A stretch of DNA of 64,000 bases from Acidimicrobiia bacterium (GTDB lineage Bacteria > Actinomycetota > Acidimicrobiia > IMCC26256 > PALSA-610), in the NCBI GenBank assembly GCA_036501845.1, contig DASXZO010000036.1, forward strand, positions 90,318 to 154,317, written 5' to 3'. Under the pieces are notes generated by a model. That model worked only from the letters and a program-made list of their open reading frames with translations. It was not told the origin of the DNA and made no database searches. The position numbers and the translations under genes are program-made. Below are positions 63,272-64,000 of the stretch, piece by piece (within the stretch, counting starts at the first letter, position 1; each line of letters begins with the position of its first letter).

Positions 63272-64000
63272 CAGACCGGCTCCTCGATCTTGTCGCCCGA
63301 CGGGCTATCGAGACGGATACCGCTCGGTGGCAGACCGCTCGGCGTGCTGTACGACATTCCCTGCCCGAACTCCATGTGGTAGGCGGGCGTGCCGTGCTCG
63401 TGGATGTCGAGCCCTTCGAGCTCACCGTCTTCGGACACTCGCAACGTCCAGCTGCCTCTGATCGCTTTCACGGCATACATGATGATCAGTGATACTCCGA
63501 GTACCACGACCACACAGGTTGCGCTGCCGATGAACTGCGCTTTCAACTGACCCCAGCCACCGCCGTACAACAACCCCTTCACGGTGGTGGTCGTATCGGT
63601 GCCGTCGGCTGTGGGGATGCCATAGGCACCCGTTGCCCATAACCCGAGACTCAACGTGCCCCAGATCCCGGCGAAGCCGTGCACTGCGACTGCACCGATC
63701 GGGTCGTCCCAGCGCATGTACTCCATGAAGTCGACGCCGAGCGGCACGATGATGCCTGCGATCGCGCCGATCCACAGCGCTCCGGCCGGTGACACCCAGT
63801 AACACGGACAGGTGATCGCGACCAGGCCGCCGAGGAAGCCGTTCACCGACATTCCGAGGTCCCAGGTCTTCGATCTCGGATACACGAACAGCACCGCAAC
63901 CAGTCCGGCTGAACACGCCGCGAGTGTGGTGTTCGCCGACACTCGGCCGATGCCTTCCCAGTCCATGGCCGACAGCGTCGAGCCCGGGTTGAAGCCGTAC
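63271..64000 (-). CDS. amt: ammonium transporter, second copy (5' end beyond the window)
   Basis: The frame is open to base 64000 (..YGFNPGSTLSAMDWEGIG...). The Amt C-terminal half shows AVHGFAGIWGTL. A C-terminal tail of about 60 aa follows. Confidence 0.85.
   Translation of the reverse strand, partial: YGFNPGSTLSAMDWEGIGRVSANTTLAACSAGLVAVLFVYPRSKTWDLGMSVNGFLGGLVAITCPCYWVSPAGALWIGAIAGIIVPLGVDFMEYMRWDDPIGAVAVHGFAGIWGTLSLGLWATGAYGIPTADGTDTTTTVKGLLYGGGWGQLKAQFIGSATCVVVVLGVSLIIMYAVKAIRGSWTLRVSEDGELEGLDIHEHGTPAYHMEFGQGMSYSTPSGLPPSGIRLDSPSGDKIEEPV

Overview
This is a high-GC (about 70%) chromosomal segment. The gene order (pth-rplY-prs-glmU-tRNA-Gln; rpf-like-rsmA-ispE-...; tatD-metG-rsmI) and the small ribosomal protein genes bS22 and bL37 point to Actinomycetota; a finer placement (possibly Acidimicrobiia-like) would be inference only. 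I support about 65 protein genes, 1 tRNA, 2 probable pseudogenes and several repeats or hairpins. No rRNA, CRISPR array, integrase or catalytic transposase was seen.

Layout:
- 1-13 kb: housekeeping genes.
- 14-24.4 kb: an extended kdp locus on the minus strand. It runs from a degenerate YchF-like gene through a kinase-less KdpD-like protein, a 65-aa membrane ORF, kdpFABC and kdpDE.
- 24.4-60 kb: accessory metabolism, including SDRs, amidohydrolase, thioesterase, CoA ligases, LLM oxidoreductase, Rieske oxygenase, GH3, WS/DGAT, a Moco enzyme with cytochrome b, GGDEF-EAL and an FG-GAP propeller.
- 60.7-64 kb: two tandem amt-glnK pairs.

Most interesting call: 40551-43308 holds a translationally coupled pair, a thioredoxin-fold (CPTC) fusion to a large uncharacterised domain followed by a small protein. 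The small protein is split in the ORF track by an in-frame TGA that reads as selenocysteine in a U-G-S-C-x-x-C motif (GrdB/PrdB-like). A SECIS-like hairpin starts 11 nt downstream of that TGA.

Other notable items:
- An 87-nt, 92%-identical structured leader sits immediately 5' of two unrelated genes.
- A 46-nt palindromic intergenic repeat family has three copies.
- A YchF homologue has every nucleotide-binding motif degenerate.
- A frameshifted DUF4118 remnant lies near the kdp locus.
- A short TnpB-N-terminal-like ORF has an acidic tail.
- A 410-nt structured leader precedes the Rpf-like gene and loosely resembles a c-di-AMP (ydaO) riboswitch.

Many long ORFs in the supplied track are antisense or off-frame artefacts of high GC and were rejected.
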